From an uncultured Thermococci archaeon (lineage in GTDB: Archaea > Methanobacteriota_B > Thermococci > Thermococcales > Thermococcaceae), in assembly GCA_964487115.1 (NCBI GenBank), contig CAZAPD010000056.1, positions 1 to 40,880 on the forward strand: a stretch of 40,880 nucleotides of DNA, given 5' to 3'. A model generated the notes under the pieces. It searched no databases. It was not told where the DNA came from and was given only the letters and a program-made list of their open reading frames with translations. This document shows positions 23,296 to 32,703 of this stretch, in pieces. The position numbers were made by a program, and so were the translations under genes. The number at the start of each line of letters is the position of its first letter. The first letter of the stretch is position 1.

Positions 23296-23916
23296 ATGGA
23301 GGAGATTGAGTTTAAGATTGCACCCGAAAGTAAAATCAGGAAAAAACCCTCATACATAAAACCCTGGCTTGGACTGAAATATCTCTTTAAAAGGCCCGTG
23401 ACAATCAAAATACCCTACGAGAAAACCCAGATAGCCAAAAAATACCGAGGATTCCATACACTCGACTGGAAAAAGTGTGTCGGCTGTAACTTCTGTGGAC
23501 AGATATGTCCCGCAAGGGCGATAGAGATGACGTGGCTTGAAGTTGACGGCAAGATGGAGAAAAGACCTCATCCAAAGATAGACTATGGAAGATGCACTTT
23601 CTGTCAGTTCTGTGTCGATGTGTGTCCAACAGGAGCTCTTGGATTCATCGAAAGCTTCATGCTAACAACTGAATGGAAAGAAGAGAGGATACAACTCTTT
23701 GATTGGGTCCCCATACATCCTGAGAAGTTTAAAAAGCTGCAGGAGAACTATAATGACTGGAGATTTCCTGTGGAGAAAATCGAGTTCAATGATGAAACGA
23801 AAGAGGTGGTATACCATTTCAGAGATGGTGAGATATTTAAGTTTAAAATCCTTGGCTACGGGATAAGACCGCCAAAGCCGAAGTCCGGAGCCAAAAGGGT
23901 GGAGAAGAAGGCATAA
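23296..23916 (+). CDS. mbsN: MBS subunit N (NuoI-like 2x[4Fe-4S])
   Basis: CVGCNFCGQICP and CTFCQFCVDVCP; AGGTGA RBS before ATG 23296. Confidence 0.93.
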   Translation: MEEIEFKIAPESKIRKKPSYIKPWLGLKYLFKRPVTIKIPYEKTQIAKKYRGFHTLDWKKCVGCNFCGQICPARAIEMTWLEVDGKMEKRPHPKIDYGRCTFCQFCVDVCPTGALGFIESFMLTTEWKEERIQLFDWVPIHPEKFKKLQENYNDWRFPVEKIEFNDETKEVVYHFRDGEIFKFKILGYGIRPPKPKSGAKRVEKKA

Positions 23917-23954
23917 CTTGCTTCATCTTTTTGTTCTTACACCTTTATTTCGTG

Positions 23955-24262
23955 ATGCTGAAAGGGATTGAGATGACAGACCATTCGTACCTCTATCGTG
24001 GCCTTTGCTGGTATTATACTTGCAGTGATCCCTATGCTCATGGGAGTTATGCCATCAAAAGCCAACTTCTCTTATGTGATAATGCACGTGGAAGCTACCG
24101 CAGGTTTTTGCAGTTGTGGTCTCATACTCATGATGATGGCTGTTGTCATCTTCCGGAAATGGGCATGAAGCAATCGGGCGTTAGTGAATGGCTCTGGTGG
24201 GAGCTCTGACTTTAATAATTGTTGTTGGTCTGACTCTGCTGTTTATAGTAGCAATTTATTAG
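23955..24262 (+). pseudogene. Fragmented membrane-protein gene remnant
   Basis: Frame 23977-24168 reads QTIRTSIVAFAGIILAVIPMLMGV...MMMAVVIFRKWA*. A second frame, 24188-24262, reads MALVGALTLIIVVGLTLLFIVAIY*. TM-like segments are split by stops and frameshifts. Confidence 0.45.
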
Positions 24263-24404
24263 ATAATCGCATTTTGCAAATCTGCCTGAAGTTCTGGAGA
24301 CTGGTAAAGGGTTCGGAGAAGAGGTCGTTCTCTATTAGTCTCTCATTTTTTGCATATGCACAAAGTTTATATGATAGAAATTTCATGTTTCTCTGGTGGT
24401 GATC

Positions 24405-24779
24405 ATGAGGATTGCAATTCCAGCAAAAGGAAATAAAGGGCTTGAAGATGAGGTCTCTGAACATTTTGGAAGGGCTAAATATTTTGTTTTTGTCGATGTT
24501 GGGGAGAATGACATTGGAGCTGTAGAGGTCGTTAAGGTACCTTTTGAGGAGCACCAACCAGGGGACATTCCAAACTTTGTTAAAGAGCATGGTGGTGAAG
24601 TGGTGCTTGCCTATGGAATGGGGCAGAAAGCTATATACTATTTCAATACCCTCGGCATCGAAGTGGTTACTGGAGCATATGGGAAAATTGGAGATGTTGT
24701 AAAAGCATTTATACATCAAATCCTTGAAGTTGATCCCATGTGGCGGGAGAAGATAGAGCGGGAAAAGCAGAAGTGCTAA
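24405..24779 (+). CDS. NifB/NifX family (FeMo-cofactor biosynthesis-like) Fe-S binding protein
   Basis: MRIAIP, VSEHFGRAKYF and GMGQKA; GGTGGTGA RBS. Confidence 0.9.
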   Translation: MRIAIPAKGNKGLEDEVSEHFGRAKYFVFVDVGENDIGAVEVVKVPFEEHQPGDIPNFVKEHGGEVVLAYGMGQKAIYYFNTLGIEVVTGAYGKIGDVVKAFIHQILEVDPMWREKIEREKQKC

Positions 24780-25253
24780 TCACTTTTTAAAACACTCAGC
24801 TTCTTCCTCCTCCATTTTGATTATTTTTGAGAGCACACATTCAAGAGCATTTAAGTCAAAAAGTATCTCCTCAAACCTAATTCTCTGGTCTGGAGACTGT
24901 TCCCTTTCCATTAAAATGGAGGTTATGTTTTTGAGGGGTTTTATTTCTTTTTCAAGAATATCCTTTGGTTGTTTCAGAAATTTTTCAAGAAATGCCGGGA
25001 TAGGATAAAACAGCTTTGTTTTTCCGTTTTTTCTCACGGTTACAAGATAATCTCTGGCGAGTCTACTCAGAGAAGTGGAGACTGAAGAACGGCTCAATCC
25101 AGTCAGTTTCACGAGTTCATTTATAGTGAGGGGATTTTCATTCAATAAAAGAAGTGCATATACCATCCCATCGGTGTGTGTGTATCCCCATCTTATCATT
25201 ATCCTCTCAACAATCTCAATAAACTTCCTGCTCTCCTTTCCCTTCCCCACCAC
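24780..25253 (-). CDS. GbsR/MarR-family winged-HTH transcription regulator
   Basis: RWGYTHTDGMVYALL and LTINELVKLTGLSRSSVSTSLSRL. Confidence 0.87.
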   Translation of the reverse strand: MVGKGKESRKFIEIVERIMIRWGYTHTDGMVYALLLLNENPLTINELVKLTGLSRSSVSTSLSRLARDYLVTVRKNGKTKLFYPIPAFLEKFLKQPKDILEKEIKPLKNITSILMEREQSPDQRIRFEEILFDLNALECVLSKIIKMEEEEAECFKK

Positions 25254-25313
25254 CTTTTAAACACCCAATAAGATAAGGCTGAGGGTATATTTAAGTTTTT
25301 CCCAGTGCAACCT

Positions 25314-25339
25314 GATATAACAGTTATAACTGATATATC
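25314..25339. promoter_or_regulatory. 26-bp palindromic operator between divergent promoters
   Basis: GATATAACAGTTA|TAACTGATATATC (13-bp arms, one mismatch), abutting BRE/TATA GAAAACTTTATAC (25340-25352). Confidence 0.7.
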
Positions 25340-25386
25340 GAAAACTTTATACGGGAATTCTCTCCACTTATAAATGAGGTGGGAGT

Positions 25387-26994
25387 ATGGAAAAATCTGG
25401 AAGAGATAATGGAAATCAGCTCACAACAGCTCTCACTGCATTTAAACTTATCCTTGGAAATCCCCTTGCAAGAATGCTTATTAAGCCCAGTCTAAAGAAA
25501 TATGAGATAAATGGCAGAGATCTTCCTGCCCTCTACTGGGCTCTCAGTCTCTACGCCGGTGAGAGCATAAAATGCCCTCTCATGGTGCGCTTCCAAGCAG
25601 AGACAATAAAACTTCTTCTTAAACTCGGCATAAAAGTTGCAAGAGGAAATGAGGAAGCTGTTAAAGAAGCCCTCCTTAGGGATCCCCATATAAGGCGTGG
25701 TATCTGGGTTGTTCTTGAGGGGATAGCTAAATATGGCATAACAGTACCTCAGAGACTTGCCGGACCGTTTTTAATAGTCTGGAACTTCACTAACATGTGT
25801 AATTTCCGCTGCATGCATTGCTATCAGAGAGCAGACAAACCCCTGGCGAGTGAACTCTCCCTTGAAGAGAAATTGAATCTCATTGAACAACTTGACAAAG
25901 CTGGAGTTGCTGCAGTTGCCATAAGTGGCGGTGAACCCACTATACATCCCGATTTCTACCGTGTTGTTAAGGAGCTCGCAAGCAGGGGGATTCATACATC
26001 AGTCGCTACTAATGGTTGGACATTTGCGAATATGGAAAAGCTGAAGAGGGCCGTAGATTTTGGATTGAAGTATGTAGAAGTCAGTGTTGATTCTGCTAAA
26101 CCTGAAAAGCATGATAAGTTTAGAGGAATTCCCGGAGCATGGGAACATGCCATAAAAGCCCTTGAGAATGCAGTAGAACTTGGAATAAGTCATGGGATGG
26201 CGGTGGTCATGGATAAGGAAACCTTTGGTGAGGTGGATGACATTCTCGACCTGGCAGAGGATATCGGTGTTAAACGTGTTATATTTTTCAACCTTATTCC
26301 TACAGGCAGGGCAGAAGACATGATTAAAGTCGACCTCTCACCAGAGGAGCGTGAGGAATTCATGAAGGAGGTATACCATCAGATGAAAAAGCGGAAGATA
26401 GAGATACTGACCACAGCACCTCAGTATGCCCGTGTTACACTCCTTGAATCTCAGGGAAAGAATGTAACACCAGCTCACTTCTATATCGGAGAGAACAACT
26501 CCGTGAAGACCCTGGCAGAGTTCATAGGTGGCTGCGGTGCTGGGAGGATATATGCGGGGATAGAGCCGGACGGAACAGTTACCCCCTGCGTGTTCCTCCC
26601 CTTGCCTGTAGGTAATGTGAGAACAAAATCTTTTAAGGAAATCTGGGAAACCAGCAGAATATTCAACCTCCTCCGCGATAGACAGGGATTCACCGGCCAG
26701 TGCAGGAATTGTCCATACAGAAACATCTGCGGTGGCTGCAGGGCAAGGGCATATCACTACACCTTTGACATCATGGGGGATGACCCCGGTTGTATAATAA
26801 ATAGGCGTGTATGGGAGGACATCATCAGACATGGAAAGCCAAAGGGAATAACAGCAATAAGCTGGGTAGATGAAAGTGTTGCCATGCGTGTTCCGGTGCT
26901 CTACGTCCCAAGCTACTACAGAGCTGTTGAAGTAGCCGGTGAGAAACTCTCCGAGATAGAGTATTCTAATGTCATGGAAAAGTCTCACACATAA
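25387..26994 (+). CDS. Radical SAM/SPASM domain protein with about 130-aa N-terminal extension (candidate GMGT synthase Gms-like)
   Basis: CNFRCMHC and SGGEP; SPASM cysteines in CGAG...PC...CRNCPYRNICGGCRARA...DPGC. The specific function is an inference. Confidence 0.85.
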   Translation: MEKSGRDNGNQLTTALTAFKLILGNPLARMLIKPSLKKYEINGRDLPALYWALSLYAGESIKCPLMVRFQAETIKLLLKLGIKVARGNEEAVKEALLRDPHIRRGIWVVLEGIAKYGITVPQRLAGPFLIVWNFTNMCNFRCMHCYQRADKPLASELSLEEKLNLIEQLDKAGVAAVAISGGEPTIHPDFYRVVKELASRGIHTSVATNGWTFANMEKLKRAVDFGLKYVEVSVDSAKPEKHDKFRGIPGAWEHAIKALENAVELGISHGMAVVMDKETFGEVDDILDLAEDIGVKRVIFFNLIPTGRAEDMIKVDLSPEEREEFMKEVYHQMKKRKIEILTTAPQYARVTLLESQGKNVTPAHFYIGENNSVKTLAEFIGGCGAGRIYAGIEPDGTVTPCVFLPLPVGNVRTKSFKEIWETSRIFNLLRDRQGFTGQCRNCPYRNICGGCRARAYHYTFDIMGDDPGCIINRRVWEDIIRHGKPKGITAISWVDESVAMRVPVLYVPSYYRAVEVAGEKLSEIEYSNVMEKSHT

Positions 26995-27080
26995 TCATAC
27001 TTTTTTTCTTTGGTTCTCAACTTGAAGTTCAGGAAAACTTTAAATTTTTCTCAAATGTCATTTTTTTCAGGTGAATGGAA

Positions 27081-28085
27081 ATGAAAGTTAACATCAGGGA
27101 TTTTGCTCCATCATGGTTTGCAAGCGTTATGGGGACCGGGGCATTAGCATTGGTAAGTCTGGCATATTCAAGCAGAATTGCAGCATTAAAAAGCGTTGCA
27201 GTCGGCTTAACGTATTTAAATACAGCACTGTTTTTTATACTCCTGATACCTTGGGGTTCGAGATGGGTCAAATACAGAGAAAATGCTCTGAAGGATTTAT
27301 ACCATCCTGTAATCTGTCATTTCTATGGAACCATTGCAATAGCAATGCTCGTACTCTCAGCTGATTACCTTCTCGTCTTAGAGAATGTCTCCATTGCGAA
27401 AGTTTTTTGGCTCGTTGGAATGCCTTTAACGATATTCTTCTCATTCCTGATACCCTATTTAATGTTTATTCAGGAAAGGATAGATATGAAGAGCATTACC
27501 CCAGCATGGTTTATTCCGCCTGTAGGGCTTATTGTAATCCCCCTGAGCGGAGCTCCGCTGATGAACACCTTTCAGGGCATTTGGAGGGAGTTGATGGTTT
27601 TAATTAACTACTTTGCATGGGGGGCTGGATTCTTTCTCTACTTGGCACTCTTTGCGATCGTGATGCACCGCTTTATAGCTCACGAGCCTCTCCCATGCGG
27701 GATTGCTCCGGCAATCTGGATAAACTTGGGACCAATTGGAGCCGGCACTTCGACTCTCTACATGCTCGTTAAAAGCTCGGAGTTTATCACAACAAAAGAG
27801 CCATTTTTAGTTTTTGGATTGATATTCTGGGGATTTGGAGTATGGTGGCTTGTGATGGCAATTATCCTAACGCTCCACTATATCAGAAAACTGAATCTTC
27901 CATACAGCCTGGCATGGTGGGCATTCATATTTCCCCTTGGAGCATATGTGAGTGCAACGCACAATGTCGGAATTGCTTTCAAGATAACCGCGATTGATTC
28001 ATTCGGATTTGCCCTCTACTGGCTCTTATTTGCTCTGTGGTTGGTCACAGGGGTTAAAACAATTCTCCACGACTTTTCCTCGTGA
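27081..28085 (+). CDS. TDT/SLAC1 (TehA, Ssu1-like) anion transporter
   Basis: PSWFASVMGTG, TPAWFIPPVG, WINLGP and WWAFIFPLG. Confidence 0.92.
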   Translation: MKVNIRDFAPSWFASVMGTGALALVSLAYSSRIAALKSVAVGLTYLNTALFFILLIPWGSRWVKYRENALKDLYHPVICHFYGTIAIAMLVLSADYLLVLENVSIAKVFWLVGMPLTIFFSFLIPYLMFIQERIDMKSITPAWFIPPVGLIVIPLSGAPLMNTFQGIWRELMVLINYFAWGAGFFLYLALFAIVMHRFIAHEPLPCGIAPAIWINLGPIGAGTSTLYMLVKSSEFITTKEPFLVFGLIFWGFGVWWLVMAIILTLHYIRKLNLPYSLAWWAFIFPLGAYVSATHNVGIAFKITAIDSFGFALYWLLFALWLVTGVKTILHDFSS

Positions 28086-28123
28086 TTTTTCTTTTTCCAG
28101 TGGGGGAAAGGAAAAAGACAAGC

Positions 28124-28858
28124 TCAGAAAACCTTGAGTACCATCCTCAGGGCTATAATGTAGAGGATTACCCCGATTACCTTCTTCACCTGCTCCGAGC
28201 TCATCTTAAAGTGCATGAGATGCGTTCCAATCCATCCTCCTGCTATGGCCGAGACTGAAATAACCCCGAGGAGCTTCCAGTTGGGAGTTCCCATTCTCCA
28301 GTAAGTCAGGAACCCGCTCAGGGAGGAGAAGAAGACAACGAGTGCCGTAGTTGCGGCGACCTTTTTTGGCTCGTAGCCGAGCATTATGAGGGTTGGACTT
28401 ATTATTCCTCCCCCACCAACACCAAGAAGTCCTCCTAAAAAGCCCGCCAAACCACCTATGAGGGAGCCCTCAACGATGTGGTTCCCTTTTCCTTTCCGCG
28501 GTCTGGGTTTGAAGAATATCATCATAGTCCCGGAGTATAAGAGGAAACAGATGAAAATCCAGAGTACGTAAGTTTTTGGGATGAACTTCCCCGAGTAGAC
28601 ACCCACCGGAGCGAAAACGGTCGCCATCACGAGTATTGGCAGGCCGAAGCGGTGGTCGAGTTTGCCGTGTTTGATGTTCTTGAGCGTTGCCGACAGCATC
28701 GAGAGGGTATTTATAAAGAGACCTGTTGGCTTGGCCACCATGAGAGGGACTCCCATCCACGTCATGGTCGGGACTATGGCTATCGCACTCCCAACGCCCC
28801 CTATAGAAAAAACGATGCTGAGGATAAAAGCCACAAGAGTTATTAAAGCGTAGTTCAT
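28124..28858 (-). CDS. TauE/SafE (TSUP) sulfite exporter family protein
   Basis: GGVGSAIAIVP and GLLGVGGGGIISP repeats. Confidence 0.92.
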   Translation of the reverse strand: MNYALITLVAFILSIVFSIGGVGSAIAIVPTMTWMGVPLMVAKPTGLFINTLSMLSATLKNIKHGKLDHRFGLPILVMATVFAPVGVYSGKFIPKTYVLWIFICFLLYSGTMMIFFKPRPRKGKGNHIVEGSLIGGLAGFLGGLLGVGGGGIISPTLIMLGYEPKKVAATTALVVFFSSLSGFLTYWRMGTPNWKLLGVISVSAIAGGWIGTHLMHFKMSSEQVKKVIGVILYIIALRMVLKVF

Positions 28859-28944
28859 TAGGCTCGCCTCATTTTAATTGACAAGCCGAATAGGAAGAGA
28901 GCATTTAAAAATATTCTCATGAAAAAAGATTTTTCATATGAGAA

Positions 28945-29895
28945 CTATTCCCTCAGAAGTCCCTTGATTATCAGCTCTGCCGCTTCTTCCTCACTTAGAC
29001 CTTTTGCCATGAGCTGCATCAGCTGAGCTTCGTTTATCCTTCCTATGGATGCCTCGTGGGTGAGCTCCGCTTTGTCGTTCCTGACGCGGAGAAGAGGAAT
29101 CGTCTGAACGTCAGCGTTTCCCTTTACTATTTCATGGCACTCCACATGGCCTTTCGCATAGTCTCCAAGCCCGTAGGCTTCATTTATAACGTTTGCCTTT
29201 GCGTTATCAAAGGCTATTACCGTGCTCTTGAGATTACCCCTTGAGTGAGCGCCCTCCAGATACAGAACTTCCTTAATCTCAACAGAGTCATCTTTAACAG
29301 CTTTTACCTTTGAAGTGAGCTCCACCACTGCACTTTCATCCAAGCGAGCATTCATCTCAAGTTTTAGTTCCCTGGCACGGTGCTTTGTGAGTGTGAACTT
29401 CCCGGTATAGCGTCCTCTCTTGCCCACTTCCACCTCCGTCCTGCTTATCATCCTCACGCCTTCCTCGTGGATGTGCTCATCCTCATAGAGTACGTATGCC
29501 CCCTCACCAACCCTGATTTTTGTATATGCATCGTGGGTGAAGTCTCTGGCATAGGGGAAGATGCAGTGGGAAAGGAACTTAACCTTTGAGCCCTTTCCGG
29601 CTGTTATATCAAAGATAACTCTCTGATAACCCTTCATTTTTAGAAAGCCCGTGCACAGGTGAATGGGGAATGGAAGCTCGGCGTTATCAGCTATTTTTAC
29701 ATCTGCCTTAACACCGTTTTCTATTTCTTCACCTCTTATCTCGACATCTTCAACATTGTTCAATCCAATTATTCTGTCCCCGCTTATGATTATCGCGGCT
29801 ATCCTGTCGCCAAATAGCGATGTGTCAAGCCCTTCCTTTTCATATATGTCCAAAAGAGCTTCGTACTCCTTAATATGATCAAGTTTGATGCTCAT
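28945..29895 (-). CDS. smsB: Short SufB/D-family scaffold (SmsB-type)
   Basis: About 316 aa; PIHLC, SHCIFP, GHVECHEI and LTHEASIGRI. Confidence 0.85.
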   Translation of the reverse strand: MSIKLDHIKEYEALLDIYEKEGLDTSLFGDRIAAIIISGDRIIGLNNVEDVEIRGEEIENGVKADVKIADNAELPFPIHLCTGFLKMKGYQRVIFDITAGKGSKVKFLSHCIFPYARDFTHDAYTKIRVGEGAYVLYEDEHIHEEGVRMISRTEVEVGKRGRYTGKFTLTKHRARELKLEMNARLDESAVVELTSKVKAVKDDSVEIKEVLYLEGAHSRGNLKSTVIAFDNAKANVINEAYGLGDYAKGHVECHEIVKGNADVQTIPLLRVRNDKAELTHEASIGRINEAQLMQLMAKGLSEEEAAELIIKGLLRE

Positions 29896-30604
29896 CACCC
29901 ATCATCCCCGCGAGAAAACACCTTCCGCATGTCCTTTTGTAGTATTCGACCACTTCACGCGAAAAGCCCTTCTTTATGAGCCTGCCAGCACAGACAAAAT
30001 AGGCAAAGTCAGTTTTAGCCGCTATTTCTTCGTGGTGTGTGATTAAAATCACCGTAGTTCCAATCTTTTTGAAGTACTTCAAAACATTTTCAATAAGTTT
30101 TCCTGCCGTTATGTCAAGTCCTGAGTCTGGTTCGTCGAGTATGGCATATCTCGGCTTCAGCAGAATGAGGGACGCCAGCTCTATCCTTTTCCTCTCTCCA
30201 CCACTCAAACTTTTATCCACAAAGCGGTGAGCGTAAAGTTCATATGGGAGTCCAACGAGACTAAGAATTTTTCTAATTTCGTTTTTGTCCACTTTGAGTT
30301 TTCTACCCAGAGTTAAGTATTCCTCAACCGTTATCCCATCATACCGTGCTGGTTCCTGCCAGAGAAGACTTATTCCAAGCTTTGCCCTCTCCTTAATGGA
30401 GAGGCCTGTTATGTCTTTCTTTCCAAGGAAAACCTTTCCTTTATCAGGCTTTACAACACCCATAATTATATAAGCTACTGTGGACTTACCCGCTCCATTT
30501 GGACCCAAGATGCAATATATCATCCCCCTCTCAAAGCGCATGTTAATCCTCTCTAATATCCTCTTGCCATTTACACTGTAGGTAACATCTCTCAAACACA
30601 GCAT
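29879..30604 (-). CDS. smsC: SufC-family ABC ATPase with C-terminal Cys motif (SmsC-type)
   Basis: GPNGAGKST, LSGGERKRIE, LDEPDSGLD, ITHH and C-terminal C-X20-CGRC; overlaps the smsB start. Confidence 0.85.
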   Translation of the reverse strand: MLCLRDVTYSVNGKRILERINMRFERGMIYCILGPNGAGKSTVAYIIMGVVKPDKGKVFLGKKDITGLSIKERAKLGISLLWQEPARYDGITVEEYLTLGRKLKVDKNEIRKILSLVGLPYELYAHRFVDKSLSGGERKRIELASLILLKPRYAILDEPDSGLDITAGKLIENVLKYFKKIGTTVILITHHEEIAAKTDFAYFVCAGRLIKKGFSREVVEYYKRTCGRCFLAGMMGDEHQT

Positions 30605-30975
30605 AGATATCAAAGATATTTCACATGAATAAGATTTAAGACTTTCTGGACACTTTTACTTCAATATGCAGATTTAATAATCGCAGCACCCAGTTAGTTT
30701 CTTCGATGGAAGGATAAAACTTGAAGAGCATGTGGGATTCTTGTTAATGAACGGATGAAAACGAACGTGAAGTTGCTGGTGACATCTTCAAAAACTGGAT
30801 TGGCAGCTCAACCATCCAATAATTGGCGAGAGAATCTTTAGTATGCTGGGGACCACTGAGTACCTCATTAGAGTGCGGAGGCAGGTTAGGATAGAGTTGA
30901 TAAGCGACATCAGATAGCTCGTAAAAGAGGTGTGGGAGAGATAACAACAAGGTCATGGGGAAAAGTAAGTTCCTA

Positions 30976-31722
30976 TCACGTGAACCTTCGCTCTAACACC
31001 CGATTGTGTATCCACAAACCGCTCAGGAAGAAAACGAGTGCAAATACTCCCAGCATTCCCAGATCGAGCCATAGCGGTAGATAACCTCCTCTAAGGGAGT
31101 GCCTTACCGCGTCCACGTAGTAGGTTAAGGGAGAAATAAAGGAGAGGATCCTCCAGCAGAAGGGGAGTTTATCAAGGGGGACAAAGATACCGCTTATGAA
31201 GAGGAAAGAGAACTTTATGAGCGAGGAGAGCATCATAACATCGGCCGGGACGTCCGTTGGAGGATACGAGGACATCAGTATTGTCATTGCCGAAAAACAT
31301 CCCAGGGCAAGGAGTGTAGCACCCAGAAAGATGGATAAAGAGAGGTGTAATCCAAGGTAGAGTATAGCAGATATTAAAACCGCAAGAGACACCCCAAACC
31401 CAAAGTAAAAAGAAGCCTGAAAATCGCCAAGGAGGACAATGGTGAGCGAGATTGGGGCTGTTATGAGCCTCTCAAAGGTCCTGCCCCTGCACTCCCAGGG
31501 TATTATCGTAGGGCCAACTGCAGTGGAAGTGAAGAACACCGTCATCCCTGCTAGCCCGGCAAAGAGCTGCACTCCGGAGAGGTTTCTCCCAATTAGAAAA
31601 GCTAAAAACAAGAACAGCGGGAATAGAAGCCCCATTATCACAACCGGCCCCTTAAGGTAGAATATGAGCATGTCCTTCTTCGCTATGGCAAATGAGCGCC
31701 TGAACTGGTCAATGACGTTCAT
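30976..31722 (-). CDS. ABC-2 type exporter permease
   Basis: About six TM segments, ECRGRTFERLITAPI and SPLTYYVDAVR. Confidence 0.9.
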   Translation of the reverse strand: MNVIDQFRRSFAIAKKDMLIFYLKGPVVIMGLLFPLFLFLAFLIGRNLSGVQLFAGLAGMTVFFTSTAVGPTIIPWECRGRTFERLITAPISLTIVLLGDFQASFYFGFGVSLAVLISAILYLGLHLSLSIFLGATLLALGCFSAMTILMSSYPPTDVPADVMMLSSLIKFSFLFISGIFVPLDKLPFCWRILSFISPLTYYVDAVRHSLRGGYLPLWLDLGMLGVFALVFFLSGLWIHNRVLERRFT

Positions 31723-32641
31723 CTCTACCACCAACCAGCTCAATGAAGACATCCTCAAAGGAGGGTGTTAGGGTTCTCAGACTCACTATTTTTAGCTTCC
31801 TCTTCTCAGCATAGTAAACGAGTTCTTTTATCGTGGCGTCGGGATTTTCAGTATGGATTTTTATCTTATCTCCCTTTCTCTCGACCTTTATGGGGCTGGA
31901 GAGCTGGAGCTCAGCAGGCATAGGGTCAAAACTCACCTCTACCGAGATGTGTCTCTTGCTCAGGCTTTTGAGCTTCTCAGGCGTATCAATGGCAATTATC
32001 CTTCCTCGCCTTATTATTGCAACCCTATCACACAACTCGTTGACATCGCTCATGTTGTGACTGGTCATGAAAACTGTCTTTCCTCTCCTATTCTCCTCAT
32101 GGATTATCTCCTTTATCATCCGAGCACTTATGATGTCGAGCCCGCTTGTTGGTTCGTCTAAAAAGTAAAGCTCTGGATCAGTTATCATAGCCATAGCCAG
32201 AATGAGCCTCTGTCTCATTCCCTTTGAAAAGCCTCTCACTCTCACGTTCCTTCTCTCATAGAGATCAAAGAGCTTCAGGAGCTCAATAGAGCGCTTCTCT
32301 ATCTCGTTTTTACCCATCCCGTACAGTTCGCCCATGAGCTTGAGGTTCTGCATCGCCGTGAGGTCAACGTATGGGTTGGCAGTTTCAGGAACGATACCCA
32401 TCTTCTCGCGTGCCCTCAGCATTTCCTTCGAATCCAGCATGTTGTAGCCTAAAACCCTTACGCTCCCCTCACTGGGCCTTAGAACGCCAGTTAGCATCCT
32501 TATCGTGGTGGTCTTTCCCGCTCCATTTGGCCCGAGGAATCCAAAAATCTCCCCCTTCTTAACGTCAAAGCTCACGTTGTCAACTGCGAGGAAGGAATCG
32601 TAATACTTAGTAAGCCCAACAGCCTCTATGGCTTTCCTCAT
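31709..32641 (-). CDS. ABC exporter ATP-binding protein (DrrA-like)
   Basis: GPNGAGKTT, FSKGMRQR and LDEPTSGLD. Confidence 0.93.
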   Translation of the reverse strand: MRKAIEAVGLTKYYDSFLAVDNVSFDVKKGEIFGFLGPNGAGKTTTIRMLTGVLRPSEGSVRVLGYNMLDSKEMLRAREKMGIVPETANPYVDLTAMQNLKLMGELYGMGKNEIEKRSIELLKLFDLYERRNVRVRGFSKGMRQRLILAMAMITDPELYFLDEPTSGLDIISARMIKEIIHEENRRGKTVFMTSHNMSDVNELCDRVAIIRRGRIIAIDTPEKLKSLSKRHISVEVSFDPMPAELQLSSPIKVERKGDKIKIHTENPDATIKELVYYAEKRKLKIVSLRTLTPSFEDVFIELVGGRDERH

Positions 32642-32703
32642 CTCTACCCCCTGTTGAAAATTTTTTCAAAAATATTAAAAGATTAGCATGTAAAAACAGA
32701 AAA

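Noticed and set aside
24405..24779. Calling the NifB/NifX protein IssA/SipA or a nitrogenase component
   Set aside because: It lacks the Pro-rich and Gly/aromatic C-terminal tail of IssA, and no nif genes are present.
26338..26988. 216-aa antisense ORF, and the many other short shadow ORFs in the track
   Set aside because: They lie opposite or within well-supported genes and have no motifs or RBS.
30690..30945. Possible decayed plus-strand gene (FFDGRIKLEEHVGFLLMNG..., GERIFSMLGTTEYL...)
   Set aside because: It looks coding-like but I cannot assign a parent family; it needs frameshift-aware BLASTX.
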